Shown: piece after piece, positions 1 to 11,142 of the stretch | How the letters are laid out: every line of letters begins with the position of its first letter | How positions within the stretch are numbered: position 1 is the stretch's first letter | From: Adineta vaga | Lineage: Eukaryota; Animalia; Rotifera | Direction: 5' to 3' | Assembly (NCBI GenBank): GCA_021613535.1 | Contig: CP075494.1 | Coordinates: 4,402,001 to 4,466,000, forward strand | Length of the DNA stretch: 64,000 nucleotides | The notes under the pieces: generated by a model | The model's input: the letters and a program-made list of their open reading frames with translations, nothing else | Database searches by the model: none | Told to the model about the DNA's origin: nothing | Program-made: the position numbers and the translations under genes

Positions 1-3
1 TAG

Positions 4-906
4 GTGCACTCTGTACTTCATTGGGACGTTCATTTAATTGTACTGATCGTTTACTTTCATGGCCAGATTCATCATTAGATGGAAAAGACTCAAGTTTTGA
101 AGGAGTGACTTATAATCCTCTGGCAGGTACGTATTTTGTTATACAAGAAACAATACCAACGAATTCGAAGAAAGTATTTCAAGCAAATGTTTTTGAAATT
201 CGTATCGATATGAAAGATTCAATACCTATTCGTGTAGTTGAATCTTGTATAGTCAATTGGGAATTTGGATCAGAAAATAAAGGTTTTGAAGGTCTTGAAT
301 TTGTTTTTCATGAACGATCGGGACAAACTTATTTGCTTGGATTATGTGAAGCAAATAAATGTGATCATACGTCAGCCTCTGGCAATGATGGACGTATCGT
401 TGTTCTGGAAAAGAAGCAAGCCACTGCTAAAAGTAATTCATATTATCTCGAAAAAAAAAGGAAATTTTTATCAAATGTTATTTTTTTTTCAAGGAGAATG
501 TGTATGGCAACCTGTAAGTACAGTTGATTTGCCATCATCTGTTCGTTTCACTGATTATTCAGCTATATCAATTTATCATCAAGAATCACGTAAATTACCT
601 ACCTATGTGGCTGTTACAAGTCAAGTTAACAGTCAATTGTGGATTGGTCGTATTAATGAAATAGATGAAAAGCCGTTCTTTGAATTTTCACAACTCAATA
701 AGAATACAGTATATAATTTACCACGAACTACCGAAACTGCATCTGAATGTCAAATAAAATATTGCAATATTGAAGGTGTAGCATGGCGAGGTAAAAATCA
801 ACTTATTTTAGTTTCGGACAAGGCAAAAGCTGAACAAGGTGCTCATTGTATTGAAAAAGATCAAAGTGTTCATTATCTTGTGTTACCAGAACACTTGACT
901 GATTAA
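4..906 (+). CDS. 3' part of a beta-propeller protein resembling SdiA-regulated/YjiK-like (phytase-like) family; exons 4-432 and 494-906, 5' end outside the window
   Basis: ORFs 21..527 and 265..906 join in frame across a GT..AG intron at 433-493. Repeated FEG/EG motifs (FEGVTYNP, NKGFEGLEF, NIEGVAW) and LVSDK. AG acceptor at 2-3. Confidence 0.6.
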
Positions 907-1671
907 AATACTCTTCTTCTTTTCATTGTAATGGATTGATTTATCCCTTACTAATAAAAAAATAAAGAAACGCTTAACTGACTTTGCCGATATGGTCGTT
1001 TTGATTTATTATCACATCTGCACTTTCTTTCAAGCAAAGCAATCAGTCATATAATATTTCAGAGTTCGATCGTCAATGTTTTCAATATCTTCCACGTGCT
1101 ACAGATCACGTCGAGGAGACATTGATTTATGAGATAAATTTATAGATTGTTTGTAAACACTACAATTAATTGTGTTTTTCGTCAACATACATTTGAGAAC
1201 GTTTCGCATGTTACTTTTTCTACATTTCTCGTCAACAACAACAACAACAAACACAAATATGACTAACCGTCAATATGGACATGACCATAGTGCGCAGCCT
1301 CGAGAACAGAGAAAAAAGATATGCATATTCGTCGTACCTTTCCAGGTAAATAAAAAACAGCGTTATATTTTGTTATGATATGTATCATACATTGATCGAC
1401 GTACTGAAAAGTGCACATTTTCATTATTTCTTTTTCTTTTAAGAATAATACATGCACGTATATAGATAGACAAACTGATCTGAGTTGTTCTCAAGTATTT
1501 TATTTTGTCAATAGTTCAACGATACCATATTCTGAATGCTTGATAACATTTAAACAATCTTGATATGACACTTTGAAATTTTTCTTTTAATTACAGATTT
1601 TAGATTTACATAAAATCATCTTGAAATGAATTCTCTATGATAAAAACTCATTCGATCTGGTCAACAAACAA

Positions 1672-2139
1672 ATGGATTTTTTTAGAAAACCACGTGAAAC
1701 ACTTATGCAAGGTATAGGAATTCTTGCAGCTACCTTGTCTTTAAGTGGTATGCGAGTATCCAATAATGAATTTAACGATCGATTTATTAAACAATACCGT
1801 TGCTCCCAACAATTCAAGGATGAAATGACTATTCGTCGATTTTATGTATATGAAACTCTTATTCGTCATAACTTTGTGGTTTTTCAAACCGATACAGGTC
1901 ATACCTTTAAGGTTCATTTGATTGCTGACGTTGATCCAGGACATCACACACCGGTTTTCGTAGAAATTGCACCGACTTATTGGAGACCAGATGGTAGATA
2001 TGTAAAAAAATGTAACAAAAAACCACGAGATTTGAAAAATTTCGTAAAATATGAAGTTAAAAAATTTGGCACTTATGAAGTCGGTATCAATGATTGTCGG
2101 CATTTTGCTCGAGCGGTCGCGAGATTTCTCAGTCGTTAA
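1672..2139 (+). CDS. Permuted papain-like (PPPDE/NlpC-P60-like) peptidase
   Basis: His motif HNFVVF precedes Cys motif YEVGINDCRHFARAV, the order seen in PPPDE/LRAT-like enzymes. Intronless, 155 aa. Confidence 0.55.
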   Translation: MDFFRKPRETLMQGIGILAATLSLSGMRVSNNEFNDRFIKQYRCSQQFKDEMTIRRFYVYETLIRHNFVVFQTDTGHTFKVHLIADVDPGHHTPVFVEIAPTYWRPDGRYVKKCNKKPRDLKNFVKYEVKKFGTYEVGINDCRHFARAVARFLSR

Positions 2140-2322
2140 TCATTTTCTACAATATTATAAACGTTTGTTATTTAGATAATTGAGTTAAATTTAATAAAAA
2201 ATTAAACTGAAAGATAACTATTACACTTTTGATTTTAATTACTGTTTATTCGACAATCATTCGATTCTACTCTTAACAATCAATAACGTTTAAATTAATA
2301 AGCACTAAAATTCAAAGAAAAA

Positions 2323-4716
2323 TTATTCTTTGAGTTTTCTTTGCACTTTTTGAATCTTTTTCTGGACTTCATCAATAGATTGGCGTTCAGATACATAATT
2401 TGCTTGATAGACAACTAAACTTTCTCTGTAATAACGAAGTGCAACCCGACAGTTATCGAAATTGTTTAAGTATATATCTCCCAACCTTTCCAAACAACTA
2501 CCAATTTCAGGATGATCTGATTGATAAATTTCGGATTGAATTTCACAAATCTGCTGCCAATAACGGAGTCCTTCACAAGATTTACTTTCAGAGAGACTAA
2601 TCTCACCAAGTCTTTCAAGACAAACAAGCATTATTTGATTGTTTCGTGGTTTGCAACTTTGTAAAACTGTTAATGCTTGCTCATAGTATCGTCGAAGTTT
2701 GTCTGGTTTACTGATATCTCCCATGATCATGAGTGTTGAAGCAATGCGATGATGAGTATCGCCTAAAATAGCCTTTTGAGAGGCTAACTTCATTTCACAA
2801 AATGCTAATGTCTTCTTCAAACGATGCTTCTTCTTATATACTAAAATCAAGTCTTTCAAATGTATAGGAAGAATAGTATGATCAGAGGGCAAGATATCTT
2901 CGTTGATCTCCAAACGACGATGATAAAAATCAATGGTTCGATCTAGATCACCTTTTTTTTCGTATAATGCACCGATATGTCCGAGGCAGTTGGCAACATC
3001 ACGATGACTCAGTAGATGAATACGTGTATACATATCGAGCGCACGATTCAGCCATGCAAGAGCCATATCAAATTCTCCCATTGGCTGATATGTGAGACCA
3101 ATACTTTGAAAAGTACGGGCTTTTTCAATATGATCTTCAGAATATATTTTATTCTGTATTGCTAAAGCTTCTCGAAATGAATTCAATGCATGATTGTATT
3201 CTTCTTTGATTTGATAAACAAGTCCAATATTATAAAGAGATCGGGCTATTTTAGGATGATTTGGGGTTAGAAACTTTTGACGAATTCGATAACTGCGTTC
3301 GTATTTGTCTAATGCCTGGTTTATGTCGCCCTTGTGTCGACACACATGTCCCATACTATTGTAAAGATCAGACATATCTGAATGATTATCAGGAGGAAGG
3401 CAAGTGAGTAGTTTGTTGAAATGCTTCTCGGCTTGTTCAACTTGTCCAAATTCGTCTAATAAAAGACATCCAAAACAGATCAGTGGACTACATTCTTTCA
3501 TTTCATCTTCTTGTAGTTCTATGTACTTTTCGATACGAGTCAATCCTTCTGTGGTGGCACTGAGTTTTATCTTCCACATACGAAGGTCACTGTCCATTTG
3601 AACACTGTCTAGTTTAAATATAGCATTCAATCCAAACAATATTTCATCTTCCTCTTTCACGCTACTATATTCACTAATATCAGCACACATTAATGCATTC
3701 AATGTTGGATCTATTTGTATTTCAATTATGCAAGGTTGCATGTCGCGAGTTGTTCGAAGTACAGGAGCAAATTGTAATGCAACATCGATCTGCCGTGAAG
3801 TAGATAGGAATCCATTCATTGAAATAAGTTTTCCCACACTGTGACATAGTTTTTCTAGTTCTTCTCCAGGGATTTGTTGACCACGATAAACAGTTAAAAT
3901 ATTGTCCGATTGTAATTTCTTACTTTCTCGCTCCAATGCAGCACATAGATCGATAATAAAGAAGCGAAATGCATAGAGTAATTCAGTATCTTCGGTACGT
4001 ATCGCTCTATTCAATAACTTGTACAGAAAACATTCCTCTGTGTACCATCCAATGGCTTGTTCGCTTGTATAACTATTTTGGAATCTTTTTATTTTCTCCA
4101 ATTCTGTTCTATTCATTCCATAGAAATTCAAACATATTTCAACTAAATCATTTTTAGCTTGTTCATCTCGAGGCATCTTTTTTAGAGCATTCAATAGAAG
4201 TTGATGACGAACAAATAAAGCCGAATTTTTTGACAAGTCTCTATATGAATTCTGCTTTTGATCGAATAAATGAAAGGCCAATAATTGTTTTTCAACGACT
4301 TGCATCGTCGAGTATATTGATTCTAACAATTCGTTTTGATTAGAAAACGTGTCCATTACTTTCGAATAGCGAGAACTTAATTCAGCGTGATATGTACGGG
4401 TATTGCAGAAGATAAAGACAGCAACAACGTGTCGAAGATCGTGCACTTGTGATAATACAGCTCGTGACAATGCGCCAGAAACAATGAGTAGAACTTGTTC
4501 GTTTGATATTGATTTAATCAATGTTGTGCATTGAATAGGATCAGTATAAAATTTTGCAGCAGGATTACATTCGAGCAAACGAGTTTTTGTATGTACACAA
4601 TCTTTCGAAGTATTGATGTTGGAATCAAGCCAAATAAGTCTGATATTTTCTTTATTGTTTGACACTTCTGCAAGTTGTAGATTCTTTGTCAAAGATGTAT
4701 TCAAACTGGCTGCCAT
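2323..4716 (-). CDS. NAD+-arginine ADP-ribosyltransferase domain + TPR repeat protein
   Basis: R-S-E motifs VYRGQ, GFLSTS, EDEILF, followed by kinesin-light-chain-type TPRs (e.g. HPKIARSLYNIGLVY). Intronless, 797 aa. Confidence 0.85.
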   Translation of the reverse strand: MAASLNTSLTKNLQLAEVSNNKENIRLIWLDSNINTSKDCVHTKTRLLECNPAAKFYTDPIQCTTLIKSISNEQVLLIVSGALSRAVLSQVHDLRHVVAVFIFCNTRTYHAELSSRYSKVMDTFSNQNELLESIYSTMQVVEKQLLAFHLFDQKQNSYRDLSKNSALFVRHQLLLNALKKMPRDEQAKNDLVEICLNFYGMNRTELEKIKRFQNSYTSEQAIGWYTEECFLYKLLNRAIRTEDTELLYAFRFFIIDLCAALERESKKLQSDNILTVYRGQQIPGEELEKLCHSVGKLISMNGFLSTSRQIDVALQFAPVLRTTRDMQPCIIEIQIDPTLNALMCADISEYSSVKEEDEILFGLNAIFKLDSVQMDSDLRMWKIKLSATTEGLTRIEKYIELQEDEMKECSPLICFGCLLLDEFGQVEQAEKHFNKLLTCLPPDNHSDMSDLYNSMGHVCRHKGDINQALDKYERSYRIRQKFLTPNHPKIARSLYNIGLVYQIKEEYNHALNSFREALAIQNKIYSEDHIEKARTFQSIGLTYQPMGEFDMALAWLNRALDMYTRIHLLSHRDVANCLGHIGALYEKKGDLDRTIDFYHRRLEINEDILPSDHTILPIHLKDLILVYKKKHRLKKTLAFCEMKLASQKAILGDTHHRIASTLMIMGDISKPDKLRRYYEQALTVLQSCKPRNNQIMLVCLERLGEISLSESKSCEGLRYWQQICEIQSEIYQSDHPEIGSCLERLGDIYLNNFDNCRVALRYYRESLVVYQANYVSERQSIDEVQKKIQKVQRKLKE

Positions 4717-5069
4717 TGTTTATTCCAACAAATAGCAAACGTGTAAAAAGAATAGTAAAAAACAAGGAATTATTTTTTGTACTTGTATTTTGTTTTCTTC
4801 CAATAAAAAAAAAGCTGATAAGTCTTGCTGTGCCATTGTTGTTTTCATTATTTATCGAATGAGAGAAGAACGAAAAGAAAAAATGTATAGAAAAATTTCA
4901 ACATATGTGATTTAAATTATCAACAGGTAATCGCGTCAAATACAAACAAACAATGACTTACAAGAGTGAAAGATGAGAATAATTTTATTTTTATTTTAAT
5001 CTTTTAAAGTAAATCTTTAAAATAACAAAAAAAAATGAAAATCAACGTTGACCGGAACATAATATAATA

Positions 5070-6553
5070 TCAATCATAACTGAAATCTTGTCTTGCTGCA
5101 CGCGATATCAAATTCTTTCGATCATGCATCAACTTTTCTTTTACGCCTCGCAAACGTCCTAGCACTTGTATACTCCATCTGTAAACTCTTTGATCCGATT
5201 TCGATTGTTTAAATGTTTGATTATTAAGCCTTCTGCTGAACCGCTGCCTCATTGCTGATAATAACCTTTCGCCATCACGGATTGATGAAAGATCAGATAA
5301 ATTAATGTTGAGTCGTATTACTCTCATTTTTTCCAATGAATCTATAAGAAATTCACTATATTCCAAAAAATACTTAGACTTTGACGTAAAGGCTAATAAA
5401 CGACGTAATACCTCGAAAGTCTGAAATAAAGAAAGAAACTATGAAATAACAGAAAATGAAATCAGCCTACTGGTCGAAATAGTTTCAACTTTTCTTTCGT
5501 TTTTTCGTCTATCGGTATTGCAAATGTAGAAAGTGATGATTCATTCAATTTTTTTTCATTTTTATTCATGTTTTTTGGTGTAATATCTGACATAGTTGAT
5601 GAAGACGAACTGGTACATTCAACTGTCTTCATCCATCGATTACGAATAATCTAAAAATGAACAACCGAAGATTCTTTTGGAGATTGAATAAATTTGAAAG
5701 ATTTACTTTGATGTTATTATGAAATTGAAAAAACGAACTTCGAATCATGGAAAATAATTTCATATAACGAAATTGATCGATATTTTCGTGAAGTAATGAT
5801 TTCGTTGTTTCAAATATTCCATAAATACTATTGAGATTAGTCAAATAAAGTTTAGCTTCTGATTCACTTGACTGTTGTTGTAATGGAATGATAATAGAAA
5901 ATACATAACCATGAATTAAACAAAGATTTTCAAATAATTTATTCAACGCTTTATTAGAAGGATTTTGATTGATCAATTCACGAATATTCTTCATCATATC
6001 ATTACTTACATGAATAAATGAATATTCTAAAACAACAAACATTATTCAACATATTCATACACGGAAAGAAAATTACCATTGGATGATGATTTTGATCGTG
6101 TATTTGGAGTATTATCTTCTGGTTCATTCTTCATAATTGAAAGAGAATGATTGTTATTTGCTATTGGTATATTTATTGGTGTATTATGATCATCATCTAC
6201 TTCAGATGTACATAGATAGACAACAGTACTATTTCTATTCAAGCCATATTTATTGATATAATCAGTAAATGTTGAAAATTGTTTTACATCGAGTGGTTGA
6301 TGTTGAAAATCATACAATGATGTTTGATGTTTCTTATTTACTAGAAGAAAATCGGTATGAGATAATGGTTATAATTAAATATGACCTTACTGAAAGAAAA
6401 AACGGTGAGAAGTTGACGATGAACATCATCGAAAGTCATATAATCATCAGTCCAATCACAAGTTCGTGTACCACCACCATTTCCAAGATCAAGTTTTTTC
6501 ACTCGACCATCTCTAGTTAATAACAATCGACCACAACGAAATTTCTTAGTCAT
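5070..6553 (-). CDS. Multi-exon uncharacterised protein
   Basis: Four collinear minus-strand ORF pieces separated by short GT-AG introns (e.g. 6341-6390). N-terminus KKLDLGNGGGTRTCDW may be a ubiquitin-like fold. No confident family. Confidence 0.5.
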
Positions 6554-6881
6554 TTATGTCAAAAAACTATTCTAAATGAGAGAAGTATGTATTCACTTAA
6601 CACATCGATTGGATGAAAGGAATACAATGTTTCTTCCATATGAAAAATCAAGATAGATAGAGGGCGCTTCAGAACAGTGATTTTTTTCTCATTGTTTCTC
6701 TTTTGGTAAATCCATTATCAATGTTTATTCTCATTAAAAAGCTTTCTTAGAATAGTCAAATACAATCAAACGTTGGTCATATGTAAAGTAATACAACATA
6801 TATATATATATACAAATAAAAAAACCGGCTATATTTGTCTTACAAAGATGAAGATATTGAGAAAACAAAAACAGGATTCCG

Positions 6882-8188
6882 TCACGAGTGAACACGTCGA
6901 TGTAATATAAAAAATCGAAAAATTATCGTTCGCAGTTCTTTTGAAGTCGAAACATATACAAGAACATTCACTGCTGAATTAGTATATCCTAACCATGAAA
7001 ATATACTGAATAAAAGCTCATGCTGTTGTTCATCTTTTAAACGAATAAGAAATATACCACTTAGAGTGAAATAAACAAAATATGGTAACCAACAAATAAG
7101 AAATGCACCCATAATAATACTAACAAATTTTGCTGCTTTTTGATTTTTTGAAAATTTCCTCCAAAATGTATTATTAGTATCTGTTTGTTTTCGTTTCATT
7201 TTATTCACGGACTTCTTTTTTACATTATTGAGTAATTCTATATCTGGATTTTGATATTTACCATGATGTATACGAAGAGTTATTAATTCAAGTGTTAAAT
7301 GACGATTTTCTACGGATGTTTCATGAGTATTCGTTTCACTATTTGTTAAAGATCGATTTTCACTTAAAGTTTGTTTTAAACAAATTTTCGAAATGAATGA
7401 TTTCGGTGATTTGAGTTGATGATGATGTTTATAACCAGAACAGAGAGCTAATGTTTGTTTTCTTGCTGCTATATATACTTGAATATAAACATAAATCATA
7501 ACAATTAATGGTAAATAAAATGATACAATCGATACAACTAACACATAATATGGATTATTTGGAAAATCACATTCTTTAAATAACCATGATGGTGCTATAG
7601 CCGTTTCATTTGATATCACGGATTGTCCTAGAAATCATATAAAACATCAGATGCAAATCTTCTTTTCCTTTACGTACGAGAAATTGATTGTGTTGTTCCA
7701 AAATAGATTCCCGGTGGAAAGGAAATAATCGCAGAACATAACCATATCATTGGTAGAACATAATACCATTTTTTTGATAAAAATGAATTAGGATATTCTA
7801 TGGGTTTTGTAATCGCTATGTAACGATCTAATCCAATAGCACATAGATCAAAAATAGATGCTGTCGTTGCAAATATATCCATTGAATGCCAATAATCGCA
7901 TAGAAATGTGAGATGTCGTTGAAATAACCAATATTCATCATCAGTCATTTCGAATATAAATGCAAATGGCATAACTATTAATCCAACAAGAAGATCAGAA
8001 AATGCTAATGAACAAATATAATAATATGTCGATGTATGTAATGTAGAACTGCGAATTATAGTATAAATAATTAATAAATTACCTACTACAGTCAACAAGC
8101 ATAATAATAATAGAAAGAAAGCTATTGGATATGCTTGCCATTGTACATCAGTAATTTTAATATTTGTTGTTAAGGAAAATAATTCCAT
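6882..8188 (-). CDS. Class A biogenic amine GPCR (invertebrate Dop1R2/octopamine-receptor-like), 2 exons
   Basis: GNLLII, LAFSDLLVG, TM3 CDYWHSMDIFATTAS with the amine-binding Asp, DRY, CWLPYF, WLGYTNS. Short intron near 7629-7674. Confidence 0.88.
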
Positions 8189-8651
8189 AATAATACACTT
8201 TACCTTTTTAAAGGTAAATTTGTATAGGTATTAACAGATTTATATTTGTAAAAGAATAAAATCTATCGATTAGAAAATCGAATGTAAACATATGCTTGCT
8301 TTATCAGTTGATCTTTACATCTATAAGAAATATGTATCTATTGTTTTGTGAGAATGTCATACTACAGAGCAGAAAAAAAAAACTTTGGTATTTCATCGAC
8401 AAGTCAAAGTCGCGTTTGATAGAATAGAAAAAGAAAAAAACATGCGCATAGAAATGTAAAACTATATACATGTAGGGATAGGAAATGCTTTATTATTACG
8501 TCCTCTGTGAATAATCAACGGATATTATGTGTAGTAGTATTTATTTGTATGAAACGAACAAATATTATTATCAGGAACATCAATGCGTACATTTTTTGCT
8601 CTTCTTGCTGTCGATCAAAACGTTTCTATGCGTTCGATTAATCGTCGCCAT

Positions 8652-9972
8652 GGTTCTATGGAATTCCGGCAATTGGAATTTCGAAACCTGAATTTCGACA
8701 CTGTCCAAATTCAGAAATAATTTGGACAATTGTCCAAATTCTACTAGAACTTGGACAAGGTTGTCGAATTTACACTATTGTCCAAATTCTTGTGGAATAA
8801 TAACAGAATTTCTTTTTGCTGGATATTTTGTTGTCCATTTTCGAACAGAATTTCGAGAATGTGTAAGATTTAAATTTTTTTCCTGTCGACTTTCCTCTGG
8901 TAATACGACAAAATATCTAATAACTATATTTACAAAATAAGAGAGTTTGTCTCTTTCTTTAATTCACAAAGAAAGAACAAATAGTTATTTAGAAAGATTT
9001 AGATATTCTATGACAAACCATCTATGAATTTTATTTTGTTATAAATCAAAAGATCAGCAATATCCAAAAAATAGAACACAGGAAAAAAATTCTGAAAAAA
9101 AATTAGATTAAATGAAAGAAACAGAAAAACAATATAAGAAAAGATCTACATAATAATAATATTGAATTTTTCTGGCATAATTCACTCTATCACCCTATCA
9201 AAAATGATTCAAATATAAATAAATACATAAAAAAATTCGTTGATAAATTAAATAAGAATTAATCAATATTTTTATCACCAACATTATTATCTTCATCTTT
9301 AAATGTTGAATTTTGACCATCTTGAGGGTGGGTGTGGGTGAAGATGGGTAATACTCATCTTTTCACCCTCACCCACACCCACACCCACACCCTACACCAG
9401 ATGAGATACATATATATATGATTAGATCGAGGCCAAACAAAAGATATACATAATAGATATAGAGAAGAATGATTGTATAGTGCATGTGTTAACTAAGATA
9501 TTCGAGGGTATATGCTAAGATGATATCGTATGATAATGTAAAGAAAGGCAAAACATTTTTCGTACACTATCCAAGAAAAGTTCAAGAATATCAATCAATC
9601 GCGTAGTTTTGATAAAGACAAAAAGTTCAAGAAATATAAAAATGTATTCGATTAAAAAAATACAATTAAGAAATCCTATACCTATACACATAATTTAATA
9701 CAATATCAATCATCATTTTTATCATCTATAGATATAGTTTCAGACGTATTTTTGAATAAACTTCTGTCGAAATTCTGTTGGAAAGTCGACAACAAAATAC
9801 CCAGCAAAAAGAAAATTCTGTTATTATTCCACAAGAATTTAGACAATAGTGTAAATTCGACAACTTTGTCCAAGTTCTAGTAGAATTTGGACAATTGTCC
9901 AAATTATTTCTGAATTTGGACAGTGTCGAAATTCAGGTTTCGAAATTCCAATTGCCGGAATTCAGTTTTACC
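8652..9972. mobile_element. Non-autonomous TIR (foldback/MITE-like) DNA transposon, ~1.32 kb
   Basis: ~200 bp near-identical inverted repeats (8652-~8856 and ~9767-9972), termini GGT...ACC. Flanking direct repeat GTCGCCAT at 8644-8651 and 9973-9980 (9 bp CGTCGCCAT if the end is shifted by 1). No transposase ORF. Confidence 0.9.
9318..9403. repeat. Telomeric-hexamer palindrome, copy 1
   Basis: CATCTTGAGGGTGGGTGTGGGTGAAGATGGGTA / TACTCATCTTTTCACCCTCACCCACACCCACACCCACACCC...AGATG forms a hairpin. Confidence 0.8.
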
Positions 9973-11142
9973 GTCGCCATATCGAGAGAGACTCACATCT
10001 CAAGAAAAAAACATGCATATTATGATGTTTGACTACAAAAATGACAAAATGTAATGTGGCTTTGTGTACAGAATGATAATTCACTTCCGTTCGTAATTCT
10101 ATTTAATTATTGTCAATATAGTCAACATACTTATTCGTATGAGCACTTGTTGTCATTTTGTGTTATGAATATATATATAGAAGAGCAAAAGATTATTGTT
10201 GATCAGTTATTTTTGAACGTTTTAATGGATTGATATTAAATTTGTATTCTTGGGAGACTCGAAGTACGTTTCTATTAGAAAAGTTTTCGGACAAACGATA
10301 ACAGACGAGATGTGTAGTCGAAAAATACTTACTGTTCGATGGAACTAATATGAGTACTTGACTTTAGATGATAATTATAAGTTCTAATCCTAATTACATA
10401 TTTTATGTTTACAAAACAGTAGCTGTATACTTTTAAAAGAAGGTAATAAAAGAACGACATGTAATTAGATCTAAATGCTAATGATTTGAAAGAAAAATAT
10501 ATAAGAAACGCTGTAAGACATTTGTTTTGTGAGGAATACTAATTTTTGATGTCAAGACTAATCTTCTATTGTTTTCAATTTATATTCATCAAAGTATGTA
10601 AATATTCTATGAATATGATGTTTATCTATGTTAAAGATGTTTTTCGTTGATAGAATGTCGTCCAATTATTATCTCAGTCAGGATATATGATTCAAAACAA
10701 TTTTGTTTTTCATACATTCTTTATTTATTATGAGATATGAGAGTATCACAAACACAAACACAAAACTATAATTATAATGCATATAACTTCCAAACTTTCC
10801 TTTATTGCAACAAGTGTTAAACAAGCGTGCCTCGACGTTTTTCGAAAATTGCCAATACATTGTCTTGTTATATGTTCGATCTTGAAGATATTTATTATAT
10901 TGAATTGATTTCTTTTCTATTGACTGAAGATGAAAAGAAACGATTCATGTAATGCATACATGCAGCCAGAAATACAGATTTCATAATAATAGCGAATGAT
11001 TAATAAGAGTAAAAGAGAATAGCAGTATGGAGCAATTAGAAAATGAAACTGTTATTGAATATAGCGAAAAGATGTCATTCTAGTACAAATATAAACACAA
11101 ATAAAAGGCGAAAATCATGGTGTCCAATGTCTATTTACCAGT

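Noticed and set aside
1232-1250. (CAA)n and scattered (TA)n microsatellites
   Set aside because: Ordinary short simple repeats.
8722-8940. 72-aa ORF
   Set aside because: Lies in a TIR; no transposase motifs.
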